Source: Takakia lepidozioides (taxonomy: Eukaryota; Plantae; Bryophyta). From it: a DNA stretch of 64,000 nt. Below the pieces are notes generated by a model. The model did no database searches. It saw only the letters and a program-made list of their open reading frames with translations, and was not told where the DNA came from. Every line of letters begins with the position of its first letter. Position 1 is the stretch's first letter. The stretch is from contig CM060731.1 in assembly GCA_030704615.1 (NCBI GenBank), positions 54,250,001 through 54,314,000 on the forward strand, written 5' to 3'. Below, in pieces: positions 1 to 12,500 of the stretch. A program made the translations under genes and the position numbers.

Positions 1-1396
1 AAGGTAGAGAGACAGTTAGGAGAATAGCAGCTTAGACTCTAGAATGAAAATGAACTCAGTGGTCGCTGGAGGATTAGAGAGTTCAGTGATTAGATTGTCA
101 TACTCTTTCGAGGCAGCAACAGAGAGCCTCTGTACAGTATGTAAGTGGGAAGAAGTGACTGCTCTGCCGAGATGTTCTTGGAGAGTTTCATTATAATTTT
201 GTAATGGCCCTTGGATCCTACTTGGGAAAGTGAAAACAGCCTCAGTTTCATTCCTGAAGATGAACATCTTGGGACAATTTCTTCTCTTAAAGGTGCAGCA
301 CTTTAGAGTCTTGATAAGTACAGTGTTCGCTCTGTGTTATTCCCTGAACATTGCAAGGAAAGTCTCCACCAGCACAACACACAGCCACAGGCTTTGTTGG
401 GTCTTTGCCTTGGCATATGTTCTCTCTGCAACGTTTCACACTCTTTGTTTTTGTAGTAGATTGAAAGAGCAAAGAGTCGATTCAATTGCTGTGGAGCTTT
501 ACAATTCACTGGATGAAAGTCTTACATGTTCAAATGAAGATTGGTTGTGGATGTTCAAATTTCTCCTGCTCTTCAATGGATGTGAGGCTTTTGGGGTATT
601 GCCCTTCACTTCTTTTGTCCAACGGATGATGTTCCTTTACTCATCTCTTGAATAATCTGCTCAGGATTCATCATTGATACCTAGCACCATGTCTGCGCAA
701 TACCAAGCTCCATGAGCAATCGTGGAGCTTGCAAGGGAGGAATGCAGAAAGCTTCTACTCCATACAGACTTCTGCTATGACAAGCTTCCTGAGAGCATTG
801 GGAGAGGCAGCTTGCGGTCACAATGTTCCTCTTCCATGTTTAGACGCATGTCACACATTGCACGGGTCCAAAAGATTTTCCAAGTTGTCCCTTCCACAGA
901 ACTGGAGTATGCATTTCTTGCTTAAACCGAGTTACATTCCACATCAGATGTGTTTGTCAAGTCAGAAGGAAGCCTCAAAAGTTGGAGGCCGTTTCCTACC
1001 GTCAAATTATAGTTGTACTGCTATCGTTTGCATAACACTGACACAGTAGTATGTAGCACTATCTTAGTTTGAATGACTCTGTTGCACAATCGTGTTAGCA
1101 AATGGCAATGACGTGCTCATCAGACGACTGACAAAACCAATCGATTCTGTGGCCTGGCCTACTGCTTTACAACTCCTACCCCAAGGCTGCTTTTTGCACC
1201 TGTCAGATTTGGTTTGACAGGCAACAAAAGGCAAATAAAAAACTGCCTGTCAGAAATTACTGATAGTTATTAGCAATTTTATGAGTAAGTCCACCTAGGA
1301 GAAGCTCAAAAAGGTACTAATTATTAGTAGTTACTGTTAACCTTACTAAAAAGTCCACCTAGGGGAGCCTCTCGAGTCGTACCAGATCTTGTAGTG
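1..1396. mobile_element. Terminus of a CACTA (En/Spm) DNA transposon; the element extends left out of the window
   Basis: Ends in ...GATCTTGTAGTG at 1396, which reads CACTACAAGATC on the minus strand. Subterminal direct repeats AAGTCCACCTAGG lie at 1287 and 1351, and a 9-bp inverted repeat TGACAGGCA/TGCCTGTCA spans 1215-1252. The other end and the TSD are not visible. Confidence 0.55.
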
Positions 1397-1676
1397 ATGA
1401 TGGTGACAGCCAATTCAGGTGGCCTGGGCTACTCCTAGTCTGCACACATAGAGTGCAATCCTATGAGCAGATTCTGTAATAAAAACAATCCCGATATGTA
1501 CCACTGCGCAAACGTCATGTCCATGCTGCAGGCGAAGCTGTCGCAGCTTTAGTACTGGACACCACCAACAGTCAACTCAACCCCGTGCTCCCCAGATCGC
1601 TGGACAAGCTTAGTCCAAAAGCGACAGAGGTATGAAAACACCCAAGTTCTGCTTCAAAACACATGGCACTCTGATC

Positions 1677-2503
1677 CAACGTCCGGGGAGAACCGGCAGC
1701 CAGTTACATGCTAGCCGACTGAATTCCAGAATTTCCGCATGAAATATGAAACCTCAGGAAATGGATCCGAGGGAAAAAATGGCCGAAGTGGAAATCAACC
1801 GGAAATCAACGGGGTGCCCTACTTTTAGGAAGGATATTTGCCTTTCCATTTCATTACAGACAGGAAATCTGCCTTAGTTGGCAAGGCCTGGACGGATTCC
1901 GGCCCTTCTTATATTACAAAAAATGGAAATGGCCGTCGAAGTCCACCACATGGCAGAAATCCAACGTGCCAGGCCGGGTTACATCCAAGGAAGGGCGTTT
2001 AGGTGAAAAAATATTGAACTCAAAGAGGGCGGGCCCACGGGCAAACCCTACTAAGTCTGGACGTTGCTCTCGCAGCCCCAGCCCCACGCCTGCTTGCACT
2101 CGCGGCCTGCTATCACAGCTCACCTGTCCACCCGGGTTCAATTCTTGGCCTCCATGTGGTTTGAAGGCATTGACAGGTCCAACTTCTATAAGGATACAAT
2201 GTTCTTCACTTGTTTGAATTGCTTAAAACTGGTTGTGATTATTTATTATTATTATTATTTACTTATTGTTGTGCATTTGACACTTGTGTTGTCAACCGAT
2301 TGATATTTATAAGGGCCGGATTTATAGCTGAACACAAAATAAATCATTAGGAATATTACCGGTTGTAAAGAATTTATCTCGGAAATTGACCGGGTATAGT
2401 TACCACTAAGGGGCAGCAACCGACTGCCCAACCCACTTAGCCGATTGCTGCTGGGAATCAGCGGCTACTGGCTGGTTCAACTGAAATTATTTCCCGGACG
2501 CTG
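1677..2503. mobile_element. Non-autonomous hAT-type element (MITE), 827 bp
   Basis: TIRs CAACGTCCGGGGA / TTCCCGGACGCTG. Perfect 8-bp TSD CTCTGATC at 1669-1676 and 2504-2511. The paralogous site near 8925 is empty. Confidence 0.85.
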
Positions 2504-2604
2504 CTCTGATCTATGAAATCATTCCTTTCATTCCAGACTCATCAAATCTCTGTCTCTACACAACTTCCTTTAAAAAAATGGAAAAGGGAAAAACCAACAA
2601 TGAC

Positions 2605-3090
2605 GGTAAGCATGCGATATGATGGTACTTTTTCGGGTTTTTGGCACCAGGGCCCTATCAAACGTCAAATCCTCCCCACCCCCTCCAATCCGGGACTCAC
2701 TAGTAAACATTTAAGAGTGCTGATAGTAGGTGTGTGGTGATGAGAAGTACTCTGCTGGAAAGGTGATGGTAGCTATGAGATACATGTTTTGATTCTTTGA
2801 TGATTCTTTGTATGTGTCATCCCTCTAATGTCCCCCTCACTTCTTTTTTATACTTGGTCAAATTTCAGTACACCAATTGGGGCTTAAACTGATTGGACTT
2901 ACACTGTTACTCGGGTGTCCAATGCTGCTCTTGTGTCCCTCCTACTACTAATGTCAACTCGTTCCATGTCACTCCACTGTTTGGCGTCACTCCGACTATG
3001 CCACTCTGGAGAGGGGATGGGGAAGATTTGCCTTGGCAGAAACCCACCTACCATGCTCTCATAGATCGCATGCTTGCATTTAAGTTCTTA
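2605..3090. mobile_element. Long-TIR MITE, degenerate copy; same family as 12501-13179
   Basis: About 85-bp imperfect inverted ends (AAGCATGCGAT...CAAATCCTCCCCACCCC vs GGGGATGGGGAAGATTTG...ATCGCATGCTT). The right end GCATTTAAGTTCTTA and the internal TTTTATACTT match the 12.5-13.2 kb copy. Confidence 0.6.
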
Positions 3091-3505
3091 AATTATTTGC
3101 TATTGTGCTTTGTTTTCAAGCATATCCAAAAATAAGTTGTAACAAGCAGCTGGTCGTGTTATGGCTCCTCATTGGTGGCCCTGACGTGGTCTGAACTCTG
3201 TTTTCCCCTATAAGTAGCATTAGATTCCTAACTTTCCGATACGAGCGATCTCTTCTGGAGTATAGGTTGCAGGGTCGAATTGGAATAGCTGTGCAACAGA
3301 GCTTTTGGTTTGCTACTTCAAAAATAATCTAAGTCCAGGAGAAGTTCAGTTCATACATAGTCATACATATAAGGAAATAGATGAGAAATACATGGATATG
3401 CATCTGGGGCCGTCTCAGGTTCAGATACCGATTGCAGTATGACGTCAGATAATACTAACATTTTGTTTGATGTTGCAACTTCAAAAAAGTTTTTATTTGC
3501 TCATC

Positions 3506-6500
3506 TTTTTTTCTTTCTTTTTTCTTTTTTTTTCTTTTTTTGGACAAAGGGGACAGAGGCCCTTTTAATCAAATTAATAGGAACAAAATGTCACAGAGGT
3601 GGAAAAAATAACCACCTAGAGAGGCCGTGGAGGCTTACTGAAGGGAAACTTCCCCATGACCCTAGCTAACTTGCTAACAACAGGGAAAGGTGAGAGAGAG
3701 ACTAAGAAAAGAGAGCGGGAGGCTGTGATTTAAGGAGGTCGGTGAGAAATGAGTGAGAGACAGGCAGGAGTCAGATGAGTCGTAAAGAAGGAGATGAGAT
3801 TCGAAACTGTAGAGTAGCCTGACAATCCTAGTAAAGATGAAAGCCGCCCAAAGCAAGGAGGGATTGTGAAGCCGAGGAGTTGATAAGTGAGCTGAAGAAA
3901 TCTCGCCAGTAGGAGATACTAGTAAGTAGCCTCTGAAAGTGCCCTGGCGATCTGTGAAGCAAGAGGTACCAGTATTAGAACTTGAGTTGAAATTTTGGGT
4001 CCCGAGATTTCTTGTGACGCCAGTTGAATTCAGGCGCCTCCCCATCACCAGGGGACTTCCCATTGATTGGGGATGGATAGATTCCAGGTAAAGCGCATGT
4101 TGGGTAGACTGGAGCCGAGCAAGTCGGCTTTGCCCTAGGACTGAAGGAAATCTTCAAGCAATTTCCTCCCTCGTTGCTCCGAAGCTTTGGAAATAGCTGC
4201 ACAAACAGAAGCCCACGCTTTCCTCCCCTTAGTTAACAAATCATGATAAATGTGAAACAATATTGATCTGCCACTTGGGGGTTTCCCCTAATACACCCAA
4301 GCATATCTGATTTTCCAAAGGTTCCACAATGTGTGAGCTCTAAGAGTGGCCCACACCAGGCAAAGACTCTAGAGATGACCAAACTGGAAATTTAGAAGTA
4401 GCAAGGATGATGAGGGGGGAGAAGTAAAGGAGGCCCAGTGGGAGTAGAAAGCTAGAATCAGTCTCCAAACTCTACTAGGCAGATTGCAGAGTAACAAACA
4501 ATGTTCAATGTCGCTGGATCATTTTGACAAGGGGAGCAGCAGGGCTGATCGTCATGTGTCTACTGTCTGACAGGGAGAACCCTATGGATGAGCTTCCAAA
4601 GGAAGCCCGAAACCTTTGCCGGTCTATGCTCTCTCCAAATATCTTTCCAGATCTAGTTCCAGTCACTTTGAGTAACTTGCAGGGCAACCCACTTAGCATC
4701 CCATCTGTATGCAAAAGAGCGGGGCGGGTTGATGAGGTCATAGCCCTTTTTCATAGCATAGGAGAAGAAGGGGGTCTTCTTCTTATCCATCCACCTCCAT
4801 TCTCCTGGGTCGAACTAGAGGTCTGACAATGGGCACATGAGGAACCAGGTGAAAATCTAGTGGCGAGCCCATTGGGCTTCCATCCCTTGGGGCGGCACTA
4901 TCCACCTTAGCGATTGGGCCCAAAGATTAGAGCTTTTTGGGAGTGAGCCCATAAGATAGGGCTGGATTAACTTGCTCCAGGGAGTGTTTCTGTGAATGAT
5001 AGCTCTTGGGATCCATTTTGCCAGTAAGGCCTTTATCTGCGACCCTGGGTCTATGATGCCCAACCCTCCTCTGCTTTTCCTTTGACATAATTGGTCCCAG
5101 GAGAGCAGTGTCCTTCTTACAGCGGCAGTGGAATTTGCCCCCCAAATGAAATTGCGCACCATGGCCTTAATCTCCTTGATTATTTCAGAATCCGGGCTCC
5201 AAACAGCAGCAAAAAATCATAAAGAGGCCTGTAGCACCTGATTTGCAACGAGGGCCCTCCCCACAGAAGATAGCGTGGCGGAGCACCAATTTGTCAGTTT
5301 TCTCCTGAATTTTGCTAGCACTTATTTCATTCTGCTTTGTTGCGACATATTCAAACCTATCTTGTGACCCAGCAGTGTGTGTGTCTCTCCCTCCTGCAGC
5401 CACCTCAGTCCCAAATCTGCTCCCCAGGGTTGGCAATGTGCAGCAGCCGCGTTATCTTGCAATAGGGATAAAATGCCAATTGACTTCTTCCAATTGACCT
5501 CCAATCCTGATCCCAAACAGAAAGTTTGAAGGGCCTGGAATGCTTTGTCAATATTGATTGTGGAGGTGTTATCCAGAAGAAGAACGGTGTCGTCTGCATA
5601 CATGGAGAGCTTGAACATCTGTGGGGTGACGGTGGGCAATTGCAACCCAATGATATCTTGCTTGTAATCCAGGAGATGTCCAAATGAGTCGCCGCTATAA
5701 GAAATAGGAAAGGGGCTAGCGGACAGCCTTGCCGTACTGATTTGGAAATTGAAAAAGATTGAAAAACAATTCCATTGACCATGACTCTACTTGAGGCTGA
5801 TCGGAGGAGAATATGAACCCATGTGAGGAAAGGACTTCCCAATCCTGTTCTTTCCAGAGCCCCCAGCTGTCACGGACATAGCCCAGAGGAACTTACTAGG
5901 AGTAAATACCAGAAGTTACCAAATTACCAAAAATTACCATGATTTATCGTGATTTACCATGATTTATCATTACTTACCAAGTTACCGGGAGTTTATCAAA
6001 TTACTAAGAGTAACTTGGGAAACTGCTTAGGAAGCTTCCTTTGGAAGAAACTTCTCCATCAAGATACCTCATTTGTTTAAGGAAGCTTCTCCATCAAGAA
6101 ACCTTTGTTTAATCTTGGAAATTTCTCCAACAAACTAAACTTTTAAACTCCTAAACTTCTCCATAGGGGAAGCTTCTTAGGGAAGCTTCTTAGTAACCAA
6201 TATATATAGGAGGCGAGACTGAACACTCTTCAGTCTCGCCAACACCAGTTCAAGCTACTATTGTTTCTAGTTCCCAGTACTCTAGCCCAGTTTCTAGTAT
6301 CTGGTACTCTAGTCCAGTTTCCAGCATTCCAGTATTCAAGTCGTGTTATTACAATATGTGGTACTCTTGTTCATTGTTATAAAGATCGTCTTGATTCCTA
6401 TTTACTCATCGTGCATATGGCCACGCCGACCTTGACTTCTTGTCTAGTCTTGTACCTCTAGTCTGATCTCTTGTTTGTGTTCAGTCATGTTCTCGTCCTT

Positions 6501-7778
6501 GACACCAGCAAAAATTTCCAGTCTATGGAATCAAAAGCTTTTTTAAAATCTAGCATGAGGAATGCCAGAGGCTGGTTGTTGACATGAGCTATGTATAATG
6601 CTTCGTGTGCAAGGAGGATGTTATCAAGGATGATTCGGTCTTTGAGGAAACCCGTTTGATCTTTTTTGATGATGTATGGCAACAGAGGTTGGAGCCTCAA
6701 AGCAAGGGCCTTGGCTATAATTTTGTAGGTGGAGTTTAATAGCGTGATTGGTTTGTAGTTAGCCATGTCATCCCTGTCATTTTTTTTGAAAATGAGGGTG
6801 ATGAGCCCATGTGAGATCTGAGACGACATTATGCGTTTTTGCAAGATGTCATTTGCCATGAGCAAGAACTCATCTCCAATTGTCCCCCACAAGGCCTTGA
6901 ATAGTTCTATTGGGAGACCATCCAGGCCAGGCGGCTTCTGTGAGGCCATAGATTTGACTGTCTTTCCCAATTCTTCCACTGTGAAAGGAGTGATCAAGGT
7001 GTCCTTTTGTCGTTGCGAGATTGAGCATGGAATATGTGCAGGAGGGCCGCAGTGGCTTCTTCCTTTTGTTGTGAAGTCTGTTGTTCACGAAAGAGCTGCT
7101 AAAAAAAGCCCGCAGCCTCCAAAGTCATGATTTGGGGATTGGTAACAGGCAGGCCAGAGGTAGGGTGTTTATGGGCTGGAACCAATGTTGCCAAGCGCTG
7201 GGCTGCTTTGACAAAGAAGCATTTTGTCATTTTCTCCCCTTTTAGTGACTAGACACTCCTGCTTTTATCCGCATGAACTCCTCTTTGGCATGTAAGAGCT
7301 TGGACAAATTTTCCTTGGCTGTTTTGTACGAAGCCAATGTTTGGGGGACCACACACACAGTTTGCAGCTGGAATTGACATACTTCCAAGCATTTTGTGAG
7401 AGCTTTCTGCCTCCTGTTGCTCTCCTCTGATTTCATCCTCGAGATTTCCTGACATTTGTTCCTGACAATGCCTAGTTTTGACAGGAAGCACAACGTAGGA
7501 GAGGAGAAAGGAGTCGGAGCCTGAGCCCAAGTATCTTGCAAAGATTTCACCACCAAGGGGTCTTGAAGGATTGTCGGATTCAATCTGAAGTATCCCCTAC
7601 CCTTTATCCTGGATCCAGGTGTGTTGAAGAGGATATGAATTGCTGTGTGATCAAAACCAGGTAGGATAGGCTGAATGGGGGTCCTTTTAGACCAGCCCTT
7701 GATGGTTGGTGTACAGTAGAATCTGTCGAGTCTTGCTTGAGAAAGACTCGGCGGATCCCTGTTATTGGACCAAGTAAA
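3506..7778 (-). mobile_element. 5'-truncated, frameshifted L1/Tx1-type LINE (endonuclease C-terminus plus reverse transcriptase)
   Basis: A-rich tail (T-run 3506-3541) and TSD TTGCTCATC at 3497-3505 and 7779-7787. ORF pieces contain FTWSNNR...RLDRFY (APE endonuclease), PGLDGLP, YKPITLLN, LDFKKAFD, VRQGCPLAP, YADD and GGLGI. Confidence 0.92.
5868..6504 (+). mobile_element. Solo LTR (637 bp) nested in the LINE RT domain
   Basis: TGTCACGGAC...GTCCTTGACA termini (TG..CA, 10-bp imperfect IR). 5-bp TSD CCAGC at 5863-5867 and 6505-6509. TATA-like TATATATAGG at 6201. Confidence 0.88.
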
Positions 7779-7872
7779 TTGCTCATCTCGCGTAATCATA
7801 CATGAGAAATATATGGTCATGCATTGAAATACATGAGTTGTCTTCATGCACAAGTCTGGCATGGCCTCTACA

Positions 7873-8466
7873 CCGTAGTGGGATAGCCGGTTAGGCACTT
7901 GCCTCCCTAATAATTACTTTTGGGGCCATTTGGCACTTAGGCACTTTTGAGAATTCGTTTAAATTAGGCATCTTGGATGTGTAATTTTTTCAGATTACGC
8001 AACTAAAAATAATGATCACAAACTGAAAACACAAAAACACAAACACTTTAATTTATTTAATTTGATAAAAATGGCCACTGTCCCCTTTCCTTAAAATAAT
8101 AATAATAATAATAATAAAATACAGCAGCTGCCATGGATGAAAATTGAAAACTGAGTCCATGGATGACGTTTTAAATGAAAACTCTGCCGCTGCCATGGAT
8201 GCAAATTTAAAACTGAGTCCATGGATGAGGTTTTAAGTGAATATCATTATAAATGGATGTCATTTTTATATTTGTTTTTCTATTTCAGATTTTGTTTTCT
8301 AATTTAAGTTCAAGTTTTTATACCATAGGCACTTTGAGAATTTTTAAAAAATTAGGTACTCTTCAAAGACAATTTTTTAAAATTAGGCACTCTTGACAAA
8401 TAATTTATTCTGATTAGGCACTGTTTTTTCGAATTAAGTTTCGCCTAAACGGCTGTCCCGCTACGG
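7873..8466. mobile_element. Tc1/mariner/pogo-like MITE
   Basis: About 24-bp TIRs CCGTAGTGGGATAGCCGGTTAGGC / GCCTAAACGGCTGTCCCGCTACGG, flanked by CA and TA (TA-type target). AT-rich interior with repeated TTAGGCAC and CCATGGATG motifs. Confidence 0.7.
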
Positions 8467-8770
8467 TATTAGTATGTATGACAATGCAAACTGATTTCTT
8501 ATGTTGTGACTGTGCATGAAAATAATACAAGACGTCATATATGCCATGTATGACGTTGCAAGTGAGTTAGATTGTATTTGTCCGGACAGATCGCTGGTAG
8601 TACCACGGGCTACTTGCCACTGCAACACCAATCTCTCCAACTTAATGCTACTTAACTTAAAAAACCACACTTCACACCGCCGTGGGGCCCACCAATACAG
8701 GCGTCTACGCGGTGACCGCGCGGCTGCGGGTGGGCGCGGGCCACGTAGGCGTACCGGGCAGGCAGTTGAA

Positions 8771-10085
8771 TGCTGCAGGCTGGAGCTGTCGCAGCTTTAA
8801 CGTAGTACTCCACACCATCAACTCACCCGTGTGTTCTGTGTTCCCTAGATGGCTGGAAAAGTTGTCCAACAGCCATAGCTACGTATGAAAACACTCGAGT
8901 TCTGCTTCAAAACACCCGGCCTGCACTCTCATTTGTGAAATCATTCCTTTCCTTCAGTCTCTATCTAGTATCTCTACACAACTTGTACTCTTCTGTACGA
9001 AAAACATTTATATGTAGTTTGACTGGCCATCCCGGTTGTCCATGCTATCGTTGCTATGTCTTCATGCGGCCATGACTTACATGTAGCATGGAGCAATAGT
9101 ATTGGAGTAATAATATTTATGCATTGCAAAACATCAAATCAAGTTTTCAAGGGAAAATGAGAGAAGAGGAAAGCTGCTAAGATTATTGTACATCAATCTT
9201 TGTCACTAGATAACCTCTTACCGAACAACTCTCAACGTGTTTTCCTCCAGCAAAAGTGAACTGAGGTCGCTCCCAGGTTCCCGCGTAGTGGGCCCCCTCA
9301 CTTGTGGGCCCCCTCACTTGTTCAGCCTGCATGGCTCATTCAGCTCATTTTGCGGCGCATCAGTGATTCAATTTTCGGGTGTTGTCCACTCTTGGTCTGT
9401 TATATAGGTGAAGGACTGGTATAAAGTACTGGTATATGCACTGGTATTAGATACCGGACCAGTCTGGTATCATTTGGGAGAATACTTTGTGATATACCAG
9501 ACTAGGCTGGTATCAGTTTTTTCATACCAGCCACAATACCAGTACTCCCTTGCCATCTTCCTTATCTACTTTGGTATTTGTATTATATGTACATATGCCT
9601 ACATACTGGTACTTGTGTATATATATTTTCTTATGTGTATTGTATTTGTTTTCACTTGATCCTTGCTAGTTGATAAACTTGTAAGTCAAAGATGGCTTTG
9701 GAATGATACCAGAATTGATATATCATACTATCTGGTGTTGTGGTAATACTCATACTTATACCAATATCTGGAATAAAATACATCCACCATTGTATAGACC
9801 AGACTGGTATGAAAGTTTTGTGATACATCTGGTACCAGGACCAGTCTGGCACACTGTCCTAAACTTGATACCACAACAACACTGGTGCTGTCCGCTTCAT
9901 TTAAGAAAAAGAAAAAAGAAAAACCATAATGTAAGCATGTGATCTCATGGTACTTTCTGCTGTTTTGGCACCAGGGCGGAGCAAATGTCAAATCCGCCCC
10001 ACTCCCTTCTATTGGGGACTCACTAATAAATATTTAGGAATGCTGATATAGTAGGTGTGTGGTGAGGAATAGTAGTATGCTGGGC
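8771..10085 (+). repeat. Diverged duplicate of 1525-2760
   Basis: Shared blocks in the same order: TGCTGCAGGC..AGCTGTCGCAGCTTTA, GTATGAAAACAC..AGTTCTGCTTCAAAACAC, TGAAATCATTCCTTTC, TTTTGGCACCAGGGC, GTAGGTGTGTGGTGA. Confidence 0.75.
9387..9884 (+). mobile_element. hAT-type MITE rich in ATACCAG/CTGGTAT subterminal motifs
   Basis: Right TIR CAACACTG and degenerate left TIR CACTCTTG. 8-bp TSD GTGTTGTC (9379-9386) / GTGCTGTC (9885-9892). An inverted second copy lies at 40575-41055. Confidence 0.8.
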
Positions 10086-11139
10086 TATGTACTGCTACTA
10101 GATGAAGCCGAGTTTCTACCTACTCCCGAGTCGGGGTAGGTAGAAACTCGGCTACCTCCAGTACAACGCCCATGTAGGGCAGCTACCGTGCGTAGCGCAC
10201 TGGCCCGTCTTGAGTGATGAGGTACCTGCTACCTATACTCAGTTTTTGATTTTGAGATTTTAGTTTTGGGCATTGGCACTGTTGCACATCGAGCTCCGGG
10301 CTCGAGCGGTGAACTGGGAGTTGTGTGCACGCTACTTAAGGCATCAATAGCGTAAGATATTACATTGGAATCCCTAGTTTTCAATTCCTCTTGCGTGTTT
10401 TGCAAAATCCATTTTGCTTTGCAATTCATCATTTCTTGAATTGTAGTTGTGGTTGGTGGCAATGGATACTTTGAAAACAACTAGAACTTTGTTAGGAAGA
10501 GGGACTGAGTAGCTTTTTTGAATAAGATTTGTCTTCTTCTGCTGTTGTGGTTCATGATGGTGGTGGCACGCTTACTTTTGATCTCTGTATTGATTTCAGT
10601 TCTTGCAGGAAACGACGCTTATACCGTGGTCAACCACCAGTTTTTGTAATTTTAGCAATAGCTAATACACCTATGCTTCTCGTCGAGCAATCTGGGGCTT
10701 CCAATTTTGTAGAGAGACAAGATCTATGTTTAGCAACAATGAATATGCATTGTGAGGTTGTAGACAAAGTCAGTTCACATTTATCAGCGGAACCTGTTGC
10801 TGATTTTTGTATTGCACCTCCTGCTGCAATGAAAATTAATTCAGATTAAGTGACTACTAATGTATCTGGTGAGATTGTAGTTGAGGTTATGACGCATATT
10901 CTTGATTGTGAAGGAATTGTAGATGTTGTAAGGAGTACATTGAGTGAATTACATTTTTCCCACGCAACTCCAGCAGTCGATGCAGCTACTGTTGTCGACG
11001 CAACTCCAATAGTCGAGTCAACTCCAGCTTGCGATGCAATAGTGTAGTTGTTCTTAGAGCAAAGAAGATCAAGAAAGCGAGGAAACCAGGTCTGCTTGTC
11101 ATTCGTGAGTCATCTGCCTCCTCTGCCGGGTTTATATAA

Positions 11140-12088
11140 GGGTTTGACCCAAAAGCTTTTGAGAAGTTGATGGCGGACATTGCTAGCATTCGTAATTAGC
11201 GGTGCTGTCGTAATCGCTTCAATGAATGGAGGGCAATGATGAAGATCGATAGCAGCATTCTTCTGGAGGACATTCCTCATAAGGAATTGGGTCCAATGCT
11301 ATGCAAAATTTTCCTGATGGTTGTCAAGAAGGACGGGTCAAGGTATCCTGCCGATAGTCTAAGGTACTTATACTCATCGATCAATCGAATGCTCATTAGG
11401 AGTCAAGAGAGGCGCATCTTGGAGATTTGGACAAATACATGAGGGATTTAGTATTTGGACGAATCCATATTTCATTGGGACTAACAAATCTACAGTTGAG
11501 GCTATGACACAGTCAGAGAACTATGGGGCAAGCAGAGATCGTCGAAAGGTCGATGGCATTTCAGCTGATGAAGAACGTCGCATTCTGGCACATCCTTTGC
11601 ACCAGATTATATCAGCTCATGGCTTGCAAAAGCGGTTTGTCTAGTATTATTTGTCAGACTTGTTCCTCATACGTAGAGGGAACGAGCTTTATAAGCTCCG
11701 TCTATCTGATTTTGTTCTTGGCCGCGATCAGGGGCAGGTTTATCTCAAGTAATTCTCTCGCACTATAATACTATTATGATTCTGCTGGTCAACAGTTTGT
11801 TAGAGAAGGTAGGTGATGGAGTTATGTTTTGGCTCAGCATGGCGATGTTTCTTTTTGTTTCTTTTGCAGGAGGAATTTCCTGCACCCATTTTTCTTTCCA
11901 ATAAGAAATGAACACTGTGAACCAACTGCCATTTGTCCAACAAGCTAGTTGCCCCATATTTTGCTATGACAAAGTCTTTCTATATATTGATTCTTATCCA
12001 TTTTTTGGACTCTTGTAGGTACGATGAATGCCTATCGAAGACATACAAGCTTTCGACCAAAAAATTCCAGCAATAACACTTTCGGCCT
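11140..12088 (+). pseudogene. Crypton-type (DUF3504-like) tyrosine recombinase relic with one intron (11749-12018)
   Basis: Manual translation: RNRFNEWR...ELGPMLCKIFLMVVKKDGSRYPADSLRYLYSSINRML...IWTNPYF...AMTQSENYG...GISADEERRIL...HGLQKRFV*YYLSDLFLIRRGNELYKLRLSDF...VYLK|YDECLSK. This follows the recalled CryptonA/DUF3504 motif order (RKKDG.EYPP.SL, I..EEE..LW, F.LRGG.EH..L, Y.E..SK). It contains stops and a frameshift and is truncated before the C-terminal catalytic residues. Confidence 0.78.
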
Positions 12089-12500
12089 AGTGTGTTCTCC
12101 AAGAATCATATCCACGACCCTGGCCCAGGTTGGTGATGACTAGTGATAGCTAACGAAATAAGGGCGGAGATCATGACTTCGGTACTTCAGCAATTGGTGC
12201 TTTTCAATGAAGTGAGGGTGGCCCAAATTCTTTTAGAGAAGTTGGATCAAAAATATATATGTTATATATTTTAAATAAAGTTCATTACATGCCCTTATAC
12301 ATGACCGGTGAGCTTCTATCACACCAAACCCTTTATATCCATGTCCGGCAACAAAAAAAAGAGCATAAATTATGCATATCCGTCGGACAACAAAATTTTT
12401 AATATCCTCACAAACCTGGCCCCACGGGCTTTTAATGGGTTTTCATATTGACAAGCCCGGCCCCTAGGTCATGTTCCGAGTGACATACCCGCCCAACATT

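Noticed and set aside
16-1049. Short ORFs inside the CACTA-terminal region
   Set aside because: No transposase (Tnp2/TnpA) motif was recognised; left unassigned.
7779-7898. N-terminal part of ORF 7242..7898
   Set aside because: It lies beyond the LINE TSD and is read-through into flanking DNA and a MITE, not LINE protein.
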